A DNA stretch of 64,000 bases, taken from positions 385 through 64,384 of the forward strand of contig JAFURE010000086.1 of the NCBI GenBank assembly GCA_017471985.1, written 5' to 3'. Source of the DNA: Akkermansia sp. (GTDB taxonomy: Bacteria; Verrucomicrobiota; Verrucomicrobiia; Verrucomicrobiales; Akkermansiaceae). Each line of letters opens with the position of its first letter. Position 1 is the first letter of the stretch. The position numbers and the translations under genes were made by a program. Below, one piece after another: positions 21,344 through 29,137 of this stretch. The notes beneath the pieces are model-generated. The model worked only from the letters and a program-made list of their open reading frames with translations. It was not told the origin of the DNA and ran no database searches.

Positions 21344-22309
21344 TTAATGAGGCAGAATAATGAATTTGGAATGATCCGTGAAGTCGTTGGAACGCTGCCA
21401 GTCCTCCCAGCTCTTCCAGCTGTCGCGCAGCAGATTGGTAGCCGTGCGGTAACGCTGTTCCGAGGTGGGCATGCCGGCCACAACGACAAGCAGGCGCTGA
21501 CCATAGGTGGCAGGCTTGCCGGTGCGGGGGTCGGTCATTTTGACAGAGGAGCGTGTGCTGGTGGCAATCAGGCAGCAGCCGGCTGTTTGTGAACGGGCTG
21601 CTTTCACTCCATCCACATTGTCATAGGAGAGCATGCGGTTGGAGTTCTGAATCACGACCTGACGCACCTGACCATAGGCATTGGTAATAGTGGCGGTGTG
21701 TGACTTCTTGGAACTGATTCCTTTGAATGCCGGTTTTTCGATTGCGTACATACCCATGAGTGCCAGATCTCGGGTGGAGGCCAGAGACACCACGGCACCG
21801 TTGCTGCCCTTGAATCGTGTGGCGTTCATACCGATGGCGGCTGCCATCTGGTTCATCTGCGCTACGAAAGCCCCTTCAGGGTCAATCAAGCTCAGCGTAG
21901 CACCGCAGGCATGTGCCAGAGTAGCGGCAGAGGCACTGTCGTCCCACATGATGGTGGAGTGCAGGGCATCTCTCAGGCTGATTCGGTCGCCCGGGCGAAG
22001 ATGAAGCAGGTTAGTGGCAGGCCACTGGCAGGCTGCGGCAGGTACCACAAGCTGGGTGTCCATGCTCACATTCTTCGAGTTGACCCAGTCGAGTACCACA
22101 ATGGCGTTGGCCACATTGGCCAGCATGCCGATGGGGCGGCGTTCGTTCGGGTTGGCTGCGTAGAGTATGCGGCCTGAGTTCGTTTCCATGGCCACATAGC
22201 TGGGGCGCATGTTTGCGGCGGTCGGGCCGTTGAACATCTGTACACATGAACTGAGCAGGGCTGCCCCCGCGCAGATCAAACCGGCAATTCTGGTGGTCAG
22301 TTTTTTCAT
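21344..22309 (-). CDS. PBP5 / D-alanyl-D-alanine carboxypeptidase (S11) homologue lipoprotein with all three catalytic motifs degenerate
   Basis: Lipobox LLSSC. It aligns to E. coli DacA (SYVAMETNSGRILYAANPNERRP vs [23 protein letters not shown]). However SLTK reads MLAN, SGN reads DSA, and KTG reads KAA. Confidence 0.75.
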   Translation of the reverse strand: MKKLTTRIAGLICAGAALLSSCVQMFNGPTAANMRPSYVAMETNSGRILYAANPNERRPIGMLANVANAIVVLDWVNSKNVSMDTQLVVPAAACQWPATNLLHLRPGDRISLRDALHSTIMWDDSASAATLAHACGATLSLIDPEGAFVAQMNQMAAAIGMNATRFKGSNGAVVSLASTRDLALMGMYAIEKPAFKGISSKKSHTATITNAYGQVRQVVIQNSNRMLSYDNVDGVKAARSQTAGCCLIATSTRSSVKMTDPRTGKPATYGQRLLVVVAGMPTSEQRYRTATNLLRDSWKSWEDWQRSNDFTDHSKFIILPH

Positions 22310-23487
22310 TCCTTTGTTTTAGTAGTCTTTCGGGGCTTCGCTGCAGGTGTGGGGTTTTCTGCAGCCTGTTCTGCAGGCTTGCTGCCGAATATATCCTCGG
22401 GGCGACGGTCGCCGAAGATGATGCCCAGATCACGGGCTGTGCGCACAATCTGGCTGTCAGCCGATACCATACGGGGCTTGGCAATAGCCTGAGAGATGGG
22501 AACGCTGTCTACGTTGAGTCCATTGAGCACTACAGTGCGACCGAAGTTGCTCTGCTCAATGAGCTTAACAGCTTCAACGCCGAAACGAATGCCGAGAATT
22601 CGGTCGAACGGGCAGGGACTGCCACCGCGCTGGGTGTGACCGAGCACGCAATAGCGTGTTTCGATGCCGGTCATTTCCTCGAGCATTTTGGAAAGGCGAT
22701 TGCCGATACCGCCGAGTCGTTCGTCACCGTTGTCCTTGTTACGTACGGTCACGAGCTTACCGTTGAGCTTGGCACCTTCTGCCACAACCACGATGATTTC
22801 GCGCTGTCCCTTAGCCTTGCGAGCCTTCACGCAGTCAACGACGTTCTGCAGGTCAAAGGGAATCTCGGGAATGAGAACGACATCTGCCGCAGAGGAGATG
22901 GCGCTGTGAAGAGCAATCCAGCCGGACTGGTCACCCATGACTTCCACCACCATCATACGCTGGTGGGCATTGGCCGTGGTGCGAATGCGGTCAATGGACT
23001 CGCTCACTACGGATACAGCACTCTGGAACCCGAAGGTGTAGTCGGAATCGGGGCAAAGGTCGTTGTTGATGGTCTTGGGAATGGAAATCACCGGCAGACC
23101 TTCTTCGGAGAGGAGGTTGGCCGTGCGGGCCGAACCGTTACCGCCGATAACTGCCAGAGCCTGAAGACCCAGAGCCGAAATCGTCTTAGTCGCCTTGGCC
23201 ATAATTTCCGGCTCTACGCGGGGAATGCCCAGCTTGTTGATGACAACCTGGAAGTTACCCGTATTGGTGGTACCGAGGATGGTGCCGCCATGTGAGCGGA
23301 TTTTATGCGTTTTCATGGGGGTAAGCATCTCATAACGGCGACCGCCCTCCGTGGGGAGCAGGCCTTCAAAGCCGTCATGGAAGCCGATTACACGCCAACC
23401 GCGGCTGTAGGCCGCGGAGACGTAACCCTCAATAACTGCGTTGATGCCAGGGCAATCACCGCCTGAATTGAGAATACCGATAATCAT
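22306..23487 (-). CDS. phosphofructokinase-family paralogue with substituted catalytic residues (predicted non-catalytic)
   Basis: 393 aa and clearly paralogous to 20237..21331. It reads GGNGS, KTINND and VMGDQSG where the canonical paralogue has GGDGS, KTIDND and VMGRHAG. The F6P-binding R162, E222, R243, H249 and R252 equivalents are kept. It has a basic C-terminal tail. Confidence 0.85.
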   Translation of the reverse strand: MIIGILNSGGDCPGINAVIEGYVSAAYSRGWRVIGFHDGFEGLLPTEGGRRYEMLTPMKTHKIRSHGGTILGTTNTGNFQVVINKLGIPRVEPEIMAKATKTISALGLQALAVIGGNGSARTANLLSEEGLPVISIPKTINNDLCPDSDYTFGFQSAVSVVSESIDRIRTTANAHQRMMVVEVMGDQSGWIALHSAISSAADVVLIPEIPFDLQNVVDCVKARKAKGQREIIVVVAEGAKLNGKLVTVRNKDNGDERLGGIGNRLSKMLEEMTGIETRYCVLGHTQRGGSPCPFDRILGIRFGVEAVKLIEQSNFGRTVVLNGLNVDSVPISQAIAKPRMVSADSQIVRTARDLGIIFGDRRPEDIFGSKPAEQAAENPTPAAKPRKTTKTKE

Positions 23488-23517
23488 ACTGTTTTACTTG
23501 TTGTGAATCTCGTTGTT

Positions 23518-24708
23518 TTACTGAGCGGGAACGGCATTCGGAATGGCGCCCAGATAGTGAGCGCAGCACCAGAGGGCACGGGGGTGGTGGAAGAAGGATT
23601 TCCACATGGAGCCCTTCAGACCGTTGGTTGTTGTGCCGTCCTGATTGCAGTAGCCGAACCACTCGCCGTTTTCCTTGTCCTGCAGGTGTTCGAATGCCCA
23701 GTCGTGAATGCGCTGGTGCCACTCGGCGTACTTCTCGTCGCCGGTCATGACGTAGGCGAGAGCCGTACCGATAAGGGCCTCGTCGTGCGGCCACCAGAAC
23801 TTCATGTTGTGCCAGTATTCCTGCACGGGCTTGTTATAAACGTCGGTGTAGTACAGCAGGCCGCCGTACTTCTTGTCCCAGCCGCGCTCAAGAGCCCAGT
23901 CAATCATCTTGCAACCGGTCTCAATCAGAGCCTTGTCGCCACCACGGTAGCGGGCTTCCTCAAGTACAAACCAACCGCCTTCAATGTCGTGACCGGGGTT
24001 GAGGGTGCGCTCGTCGAAGTGGTCGATAATGGAGCCGTCGGGGGCAACGTTTTCCATGACTGCTTTCACCTCCTCATGCATGAAGAGGGTGCGCAGGTCA
24101 TTGATGCAGCGGTCAATCCAGGCGGTCAGGCTGCCATCGGCATCTCCCAGATAGCGGCGCAGCTCCTGTGCGGTCACAATCATAATCATGCGGCAACCCA
24201 GGTTCTCGCCGGGGCGATTGCCGGTGCTCTTGGGGGCCATCTTGCCGGGTGTGAAGAAGATGTCGGCATAGATGTCGAACCAGTGGCGGGCGCGCTCGGC
24301 GCTCTTGGGGTCACCAGTGGCACCGTAGTGAGCAGCCCAGGCAATGGCGGCAAAACATTCGCTGTAGGCGTAGCGGCGCTTGCGTATGGGGGTGCCGTCT
24401 GCCGTCATGTGGAAGTACATGCGCCCGTCGGTGGGGTCCACACACTTCTCTTCCAGGAATTTGAGGGCGCTCTCAGCGTACTCTTTCCATTCCGGGCGTT
24501 TCTCGATGCTGTTGTAACAGGTAAGGAGCATCCAGGCCATGCGACCCTGTGCCCATACGTTCTTGTCGGTGTCTACCAGTGTGCCGTCGGCGGCATAGCA
24601 ATGGTAGAGCCCCCCGTTCTCTGTGTCCAGAGAGCGGGGGAACCAGAACGGCACTACCTCATTGAGCAGCTTGTCTTTGTAGAATTCGCCAAGTGCTTTC
24701 GTATCCAT
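23518..24708 (-). CDS. N-acylglucosamine 2-epimerase (AGE / renin-binding-protein family)
   Basis: 396 aa alpha/alpha-barrel AGE-family pattern (FYKDKLLNEVVPFW...GGLYH..., ...WWPHDEAL...). It lies directly downstream of nanA. Confidence 0.8.
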   Translation of the reverse strand: MDTKALGEFYKDKLLNEVVPFWFPRSLDTENGGLYHCYAADGTLVDTDKNVWAQGRMAWMLLTCYNSIEKRPEWKEYAESALKFLEEKCVDPTDGRMYFHMTADGTPIRKRRYAYSECFAAIAWAAHYGATGDPKSAERARHWFDIYADIFFTPGKMAPKSTGNRPGENLGCRMIMIVTAQELRRYLGDADGSLTAWIDRCINDLRTLFMHEEVKAVMENVAPDGSIIDHFDERTLNPGHDIEGGWFVLEEARYRGGDKALIETGCKMIDWALERGWDKKYGGLLYYTDVYNKPVQEYWHNMKFWWPHDEALIGTALAYVMTGDEKYAEWHQRIHDWAFEHLQDKENGEWFGYCNQDGTTTNGLKGSMWKSFFHHPRALWCCAHYLGAIPNAVPAQ

Positions 24709-24727
24709 AATGAGGCAGGCTCAGGGG

Positions 24728-25654
24728 TTATTTGTAAATGGCCCAATCGTAGAAGCCGATAGCCTTCAGCTCGCTCTTCAGTGCCTCGAGAGTGGCCTTG
24801 TCCTGCTTGCCCATGGGCAGACGAGCCGGGCCGAAGTCAACGCCGGTCCACTCGCTCATGAGGTACTTGCAGCAACCCATGTAGCCCTTGCCGGCGATAA
24901 TGTTAATCATGGTGACGGAGAGCTGCTGCAGGCGGCGAGCCTCGGCGAGGTCACCTGCATCCACTGCCTTCATGATGTCATCATACAGCTTGGGAGCGTA
25001 GTTGAAGGAGGAACCTACACCGCCCTTGGCACCGGTTGCGTAAGCACCCAGGAACCACTCGTCAACACCCCAGGGAATGTCGTACTTGCCGCCGTCGTAG
25101 TTAAGGGCGTCCATGTAGAGCGCAAGGTCGGGGTTGGTGAACTTCACGCCGGCGAAGTTCGGGATGGCTGCGGCGCAGGACTCAATCATCTTGCAGGGGT
25201 TGAAGCCCACGTGAGTGAGTACAGGGATGTCGTAGAAGTAGAAGGGCAGCTCAGGAGCACCGGAGGCGGCTACGGCCAGGCTCTGGGTGAGCAGTTCTAC
25301 GCTGCCGGGCTTGAAGTAGCAGGGTGCATTGCTGGCAGTGGCGGTAGCACCGCACTGAGCAGCATAGGCAGCGAGCTCGCGGCCGTCATACACGCAGTTG
25401 CCACCGGTGTGTACGATAACGTCGATGCCGTACTTCTTGCCGGCTTCACCCCAGGCAGCCATGTTCTCCTTGCGCTCGGTGAGCTGCATGTGAGCGGACT
25501 CGCCGGTGGAACCGGTGATGAAGACAGACTTGATGCCCTGGCTGGCCAGGAACTTAGCCTGCGGATCAACTGCATTGGGGTTGCAGCTGCCGTCAGCGTT
25601 CATGGGAGTGTGCGTAGCTGCACAGAGACCGTGAATTTTGAATGTCGTTTCCAT
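24728..25654 (-). CDS. nanA: N-acetylneuraminate lyase
   Basis: DHDPS/NanA family: GSTGES, and AGVKFT carrying the Schiff-base Lys. Start set at ATG 25654 (METTFKIHG), M23 of the ORF. Confidence 0.85.
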   Translation of the reverse strand: METTFKIHGLCAATHTPMNADGSCNPNAVDPQAKFLASQGIKSVFITGSTGESAHMQLTERKENMAAWGEAGKKYGIDVIVHTGGNCVYDGRELAAYAAQCGATATASNAPCYFKPGSVELLTQSLAVAASGAPELPFYFYDIPVLTHVGFNPCKMIESCAAAIPNFAGVKFTNPDLALYMDALNYDGGKYDIPWGVDEWFLGAYATGAKGGVGSSFNYAPKLYDDIMKAVDAGDLAEARRLQQLSVTMINIIAGKGYMGCCKYLMSEWTGVDFGPARLPMGKQDKATLEALKSELKAIGFYDWAIYK

Positions 25655-25804
25655 AGTAAGATATTTCGGGGGGTGATTTATCCCTGCCACTGTTTTACCC
25701 TTTTTTGCCTTTGGTTTCAAGATAAATCTGCTGTTGGCGGGCGTTTGACGTGCTTTTTATGGGGGAAAGAGCGTATTTTGACTGTAGTATCGGGCTTTTT
25801 TTTG

Positions 25805-25833
25805 TTGCAGCGGTGCCGGTCTTGTGCTAGAAT
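25805..25833 (+). promoter_or_regulatory. sigma70-type promoter of kpsF
   Basis: TTGCAG, 17 bp, TGcTAGAAT (extended -10). A 33-nt leader runs to ATG 25867. Confidence 0.5.
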
Positions 25834-25866
25834 ACCAGACGTTAAAACTTCTCTCTACATACAGTC

Positions 25867-26838
25867 ATGACAACAGATCACACCATTCGCGGTAAAAAGG
25901 TATTTGAGGACGAAATCGCGGCGCTGCAGGCTATCTGCGCCCGGCTTGACGACTCCTTTGTGCAGGCGGTGAATGCCATGCGCAAGGCAATTGAAACCGG
26001 TCACAAGATTATTGTGGTCGGTGTGGGTAAGAGTGGTCTTATCGGCAACAAGATTGCCGCAACCCTGACCTCCACCGGTGCTCCCTCCGTTGTGCTCGAC
26101 TCGATGAACGCCATGCACGGCGATCTCGGCATTGTGCAGGATGGCGATGCCTGTATTGCCATGTCATTCTCGGGCGAGACCTCGGAGCTGCTCACCCTCA
26201 TGCCCTTCCTGAAGCGCTTCGATATGACCATCATCAGCATGACCGGTAAGTGCACTTCCACCCTTGCCGAGCTTTCTGATGTGGTGCTCGATACCGCTGT
26301 TGAGCGCGAGGCTGACCCGCTGAATCTGGCTCCCACCTCATCTTCCACCGCTATGCTGGTGATGGGCGATGCTCTGGCCATGGCTCTGCTCGAGGCTCGC
26401 AACTTCACGAAGGAGGACTTTGCCCGCAGTCACCCCGGTGGCTCTCTGGGGCGCGCTCTGCTCATGCGCATATCTGACATCATGCGCAAGGAGTTTGCCA
26501 CCCAGCCCGAGAGTGCTACTGTGGCTGAGTGTATCATTGCCATGACAAGTGCCCGCGCCGGTGCCTGCGTACTTACCCACCCGGATGGTACACTGGCCGG
26601 TGTGTTCACCCACGGTGACTTCGCTCGTGCCTATCAGGCTGACCCCGCCTGCGGTACCCAGCCCGTGGCGGCTCTCATGACAAAGAACCCTGTGTTCGTC
26701 GAGGCTGATAAACTGGCTATCACGGCAGTGAAGACCCTGCGTGACCGTCGAATTGATGACCTGGTTGTGTTGGATGCCGATCACAAGCCCGTGGGTCTGA
26801 TTGACACCCAGGATTTGGTGCGACTCAAGCTCATTTGA
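25867..26838 (+). CDS. kpsF: arabinose-5-phosphate isomerase (SIS domain plus two CBS domains)
   Basis: 323 aa. GVGKSGLIGNKIAATLTSTG (SIS), then tandem CBS domains. This is the KpsF/GutQ architecture. Confidence 0.85.
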   Translation: MTTDHTIRGKKVFEDEIAALQAICARLDDSFVQAVNAMRKAIETGHKIIVVGVGKSGLIGNKIAATLTSTGAPSVVLDSMNAMHGDLGIVQDGDACIAMSFSGETSELLTLMPFLKRFDMTIISMTGKCTSTLAELSDVVLDTAVEREADPLNLAPTSSSTAMLVMGDALAMALLEARNFTKEDFARSHPGGSLGRALLMRISDIMRKEFATQPESATVAECIIAMTSARAGACVLTHPDGTLAGVFTHGDFARAYQADPACGTQPVAALMTKNPVFVEADKLAITAVKTLRDRRIDDLVVLDADHKPVGLIDTQDLVRLKLI

Positions 26839-26921
26839 GCCTGAATTGCAAAAAAAATCGGTTAAAACGCACTTTAGGCTTGCATTTTGTTCAAAAAAGG
26901 TGCATTCTTTGCCGACGCTTT

Positions 26922-26949
26922 TTGCGAAAGCAAGACATCTTACTAAAAT
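26922..26949 (+). promoter_or_regulatory. rpsF promoter, leaderless geometry
   Basis: TTGCGA, 16 bp, TAAAAT (26944..26949), then 7 nt to ATG 26957. Confidence 0.55.
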
Positions 26950-26956
26950 ACAAGTT

Positions 26957-27235
26957 ATGAGAAAGTACGACGCACTGATCGTTTTTAACATGAAGGGTTC
27001 CGCCACCCTCGATGAGCTGACCGCAGACATCAAGGCCCAGCTTGAGGCCGCCGGCGCCAAGGTTTCTGAGGTTACCAATGTGGGCCGTCGCGAGTTTGCC
27101 TACGAGTCTCAGCACCTGAGCCATGGCCAGTACATGCTCTTCGCCTTCGAGGCCGAGCCCACTGTCATCCGCACTGTTCGCGAGGCTCTTGCCATCGACG
27201 AGCGCGTACACTACCAGTACTACCGCGCCAAGTAA
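26957..27235 (+). CDS. rpsF: 30S ribosomal protein S6
   Basis: MRKYDALIVFN...GRREFAYE...HGQYMLFAFEA is the typical S6 pattern. Start at M53 of ORF 26801..27235. Confidence 0.9.
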   Translation: MRKYDALIVFNMKGSATLDELTADIKAQLEAAGAKVSEVTNVGRREFAYESQHLSHGQYMLFAFEAEPTVIRTVREALAIDERVHYQYYRAK

Positions 27236-27277
27236 GCAATACTGCTCACTTGCTGCACGCATAAAGCTTGTTATTTG

Positions 27278-27319
27278 CCGAGAGGTTTTCCCCGGGTGGG
27301 AAAACTTCTCGGTTTTTTT
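27278..27319 (+). terminator. Rho-independent terminator of rpsF
   Basis: CCGAGAGGTTTTCC ccgggtg GGAAAACTTCTCGG followed by TTTTTTT. Confidence 0.85.
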
Positions 27320-27334
27320 GCTGCAAGAGGAAAT

Positions 27335-27365
27335 AAAAAAAGCCCGGATATTTATGAATCCGGGC
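27335..27365 (-). terminator. Rho-independent terminator of the dCMP deaminase gene
   Basis: GCCCGGAT atttatga ATCCGGGC. On the minus strand it is followed by TTTTTTT. Confidence 0.75.
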
Positions 27366-27381
27366 AGGGAGAGGCTGTGAG

Positions 27382-27837
27382 TTACTGCACAACCAGCGGA
27401 AAGCGTTGGGAGAGGGGGTAATCCGGCACTTGGATGAGCTCTACGCCGTACATGGCTGCTATCTCGGGTGCACGAGAGTCGGCATAGTCCTCGCCGTAAT
27501 AAATCGTTTTCACACCGTGGGCACAGAGTGCCTGCATGCAGGAGGTGCAGGGCATGGTGGTGCAGGCCACAACTCGCGCCTCGCCGCGCTTGAACAGACT
27601 GCACAGGTTAATTTCGGCATGTAGCATGAACTTCTGCCTTTCCTCGCGCGATGCCCAGAACCCCTCAGGGGCGGTGAAGCCCGGGAACAGACCATTGTAT
27701 GCAGTGCCGATAACTCGGTTGTCTTTGTCGAGTGCGGCGGCTCCTACTTTGCGATAGGGGTCTTCCGAGCGCAGGGCTGCCACGTGGGCCAGTGCCATGA
27801 CGTACTGAGGAATAGGAAGGCGGCTCATAGGCAACAT
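27382..27837 (-). CDS. dCMP (deoxycytidylate) deaminase, zinc-binding
   Basis: 151 aa. HAEINL and PCTSC zinc motifs of the CMP/dCMP deaminase family. Confidence 0.8.
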   Translation of the reverse strand: MLPMSRLPIPQYVMALAHVAALRSEDPYRKVGAAALDKDNRVIGTAYNGLFPGFTAPEGFWASREERQKFMLHAEINLCSLFKRGEARVVACTTMPCTSCMQALCAHGVKTIYYGEDYADSRAPEIAAMYGVELIQVPDYPLSQRFPLVVQ

Positions 27838-27846
27838 GATAGCTCA

Positions 27847-27852
27847 ATTATA
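27847..27852 (-). promoter_or_regulatory. -10 box in leaderless geometry for the deaminase gene
   Basis: Perfect TATAAT on the minus strand, then 9 nt to ATG 27837. I see no good -35. It lies directly after the stop of the upstream radical SAM gene. Confidence 0.4.
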
Positions 27853-27874
27853 CTTATTTGCAAGCGCAAAGCGT

Positions 27875-29008
27875 TTATTTTGCGCAGTTTTTTGTGCTTT
27901 CAGGATAAAAACGAGCCATGAAGGCAGGATTTTTTTCATTGTAGAGCAGCGTGGCTATCTCATCTGCCTTATGGATGAACAGTTTTTCGGAGCAGCAGAG
28001 GAAGGGTGAAACTTCGTTGAGTTTGCCCGATGCCGCATGGTTGGTACAGCCGCACGAGTTCAGACAGCGTGTTTTCAGGCTGCAGACTTTGCAGGCCGGT
28101 GTGGCGCAGCCGCGCATGGAAATGATATACTGCTGTTGTGCCCGGTTGATGCCCTCGGTGATATTGCCGAAGTTAAGTTCGGGATTGTCGCCATCCCCCA
28201 CCAGTCGGGAGCAGGGAAAGAAGTTGCCGTCCACGCTCACGGCAATCTCCCGCTCACCGATACGGCAGCGCAGGCAGTTTTCGTTCTCAGAATGCAGGTG
28301 GGTCAATATCTTGTCCTCTATATTGCGTAATTGTATTGGTACGCCATTGCGGTAGGATTGCAGAACCTGCTTGGCTACGTCGGCATATTGCTCGCAGAGG
28401 ACGTCGAAATCAGCATCGCTCCAATCACTCCAGTAGTCAATGTTGAGGCCTATTTTTCCATTGTAGTGTGCAGCCAGCCAGGCTACGCCGTCACTGAGGT
28501 GGTGTACGTTATTGGGGGTGACAACACAGATGGCCTGTGAGCGAGTTTTGGGGCTGTTGTTAATGAGCTCCAAAGCTTGTGCAACAGCGTGGTGACTGCC
28601 GCTGCCGTCGGGATAGCGGCGGTTGGTGTTGTGCATGTCCGGCGAGCCATCGATGGATAGGCCAATGAGGAAGTCTCGTTCCGTCAACCAATTCAGGCGC
28701 TCGGGGGTGAGCAGAGTGCCGTTGGTGGTTACACTGAATCGAGGCTGCACAATGAGTTGCCCTGCGTGCTCCGTTGCGTAACGGTAGCACCACTGCAGCA
28801 GTTCCCACTCCAGCAGCGGTTCTCCGCCGAAAAAGCTGATGTCGGCACCACTGCGGGTGCGGGCAGCCTCCGCAAATACGATATCCATTGCGCGTGCTGC
28901 TGTCTCCCTACTCATGGCATGGTGGTATTTTCGCCCAGCATAGCAGTATTGGCAGCGCAGGGTACAGTCGTGGGTCAGGCAGAGTGTGCAGGTGATGACG
29001 GGTAACAT
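27875..29008 (-). CDS. radical SAM / SPASM-domain enzyme, anaerobic sulfatase-maturating-enzyme-like
   Basis: From ATG 29008: MLPVITCTLCLTHDCTLRCQYCYAG (CxxxCxxC), FFGGEPLL, TTNGTLL, LSIDGSPDMHN and the C-terminal Cys cluster CATPACKVCSLKTRCLNSCGC. The 124-codon upstream extension of the ORF crosses the divergent promoter and is rejected. Confidence 0.75.
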   Translation of the reverse strand: MLPVITCTLCLTHDCTLRCQYCYAGRKYHHAMSRETAARAMDIVFAEAARTRSGADISFFGGEPLLEWELLQWCYRYATEHAGQLIVQPRFSVTTNGTLLTPERLNWLTERDFLIGLSIDGSPDMHNTNRRYPDGSGSHHAVAQALELINNSPKTRSQAICVVTPNNVHHLSDGVAWLAAHYNGKIGLNIDYWSDWSDADFDVLCEQYADVAKQVLQSYRNGVPIQLRNIEDKILTHLHSENENCLRCRIGEREIAVSVDGNFFPCSRLVGDGDNPELNFGNITEGINRAQQQYIISMRGCATPACKVCSLKTRCLNSCGCTNHAASGKLNEVSPFLCCSEKLFIHKADEIATLLYNEKNPAFMARFYPESTKNCAK

Positions 29009-29095
29009 GTTGAATAATGGTGGAAATACTGCAATGAGTCTATCAGTCCGGCGGCAGAAAGCAAGAAGAAAGATGGAAAGTGCAGGCTTTTTTAG

Positions 29096-29124
29096 TTGAT
29101 AGATGGCAACTTGTCTGGTAGAAT
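29096..29124 (+). promoter_or_regulatory. sigma70-type promoter of the ABC operon
   Basis: TTGATA, 17 bp, TGgTAGAAT (29119..29124), then 13 nt to ATG 29138. Confidence 0.55.
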
Positions 29125-29137
29125 GAGAGTGTTCTGT

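Noticed and set aside
20174-25870. Plus-strand ORFs 20174..21592, 22636..23295, 23503..24762 and 24710..25870
   Set aside because: They are antisense shadows of the pfk, AGE and nanA genes.
29020-29060. Mini-ORF ATGGTGGAAATACTGCAATGA (MVEILQ) in the radical SAM / ABC intergenic region as a RiPP precursor
   Set aside because: It is six codons long with no Cys, Ser or Thr-rich core. It overlaps the putative -10 and spacer region of the radical SAM promoter.
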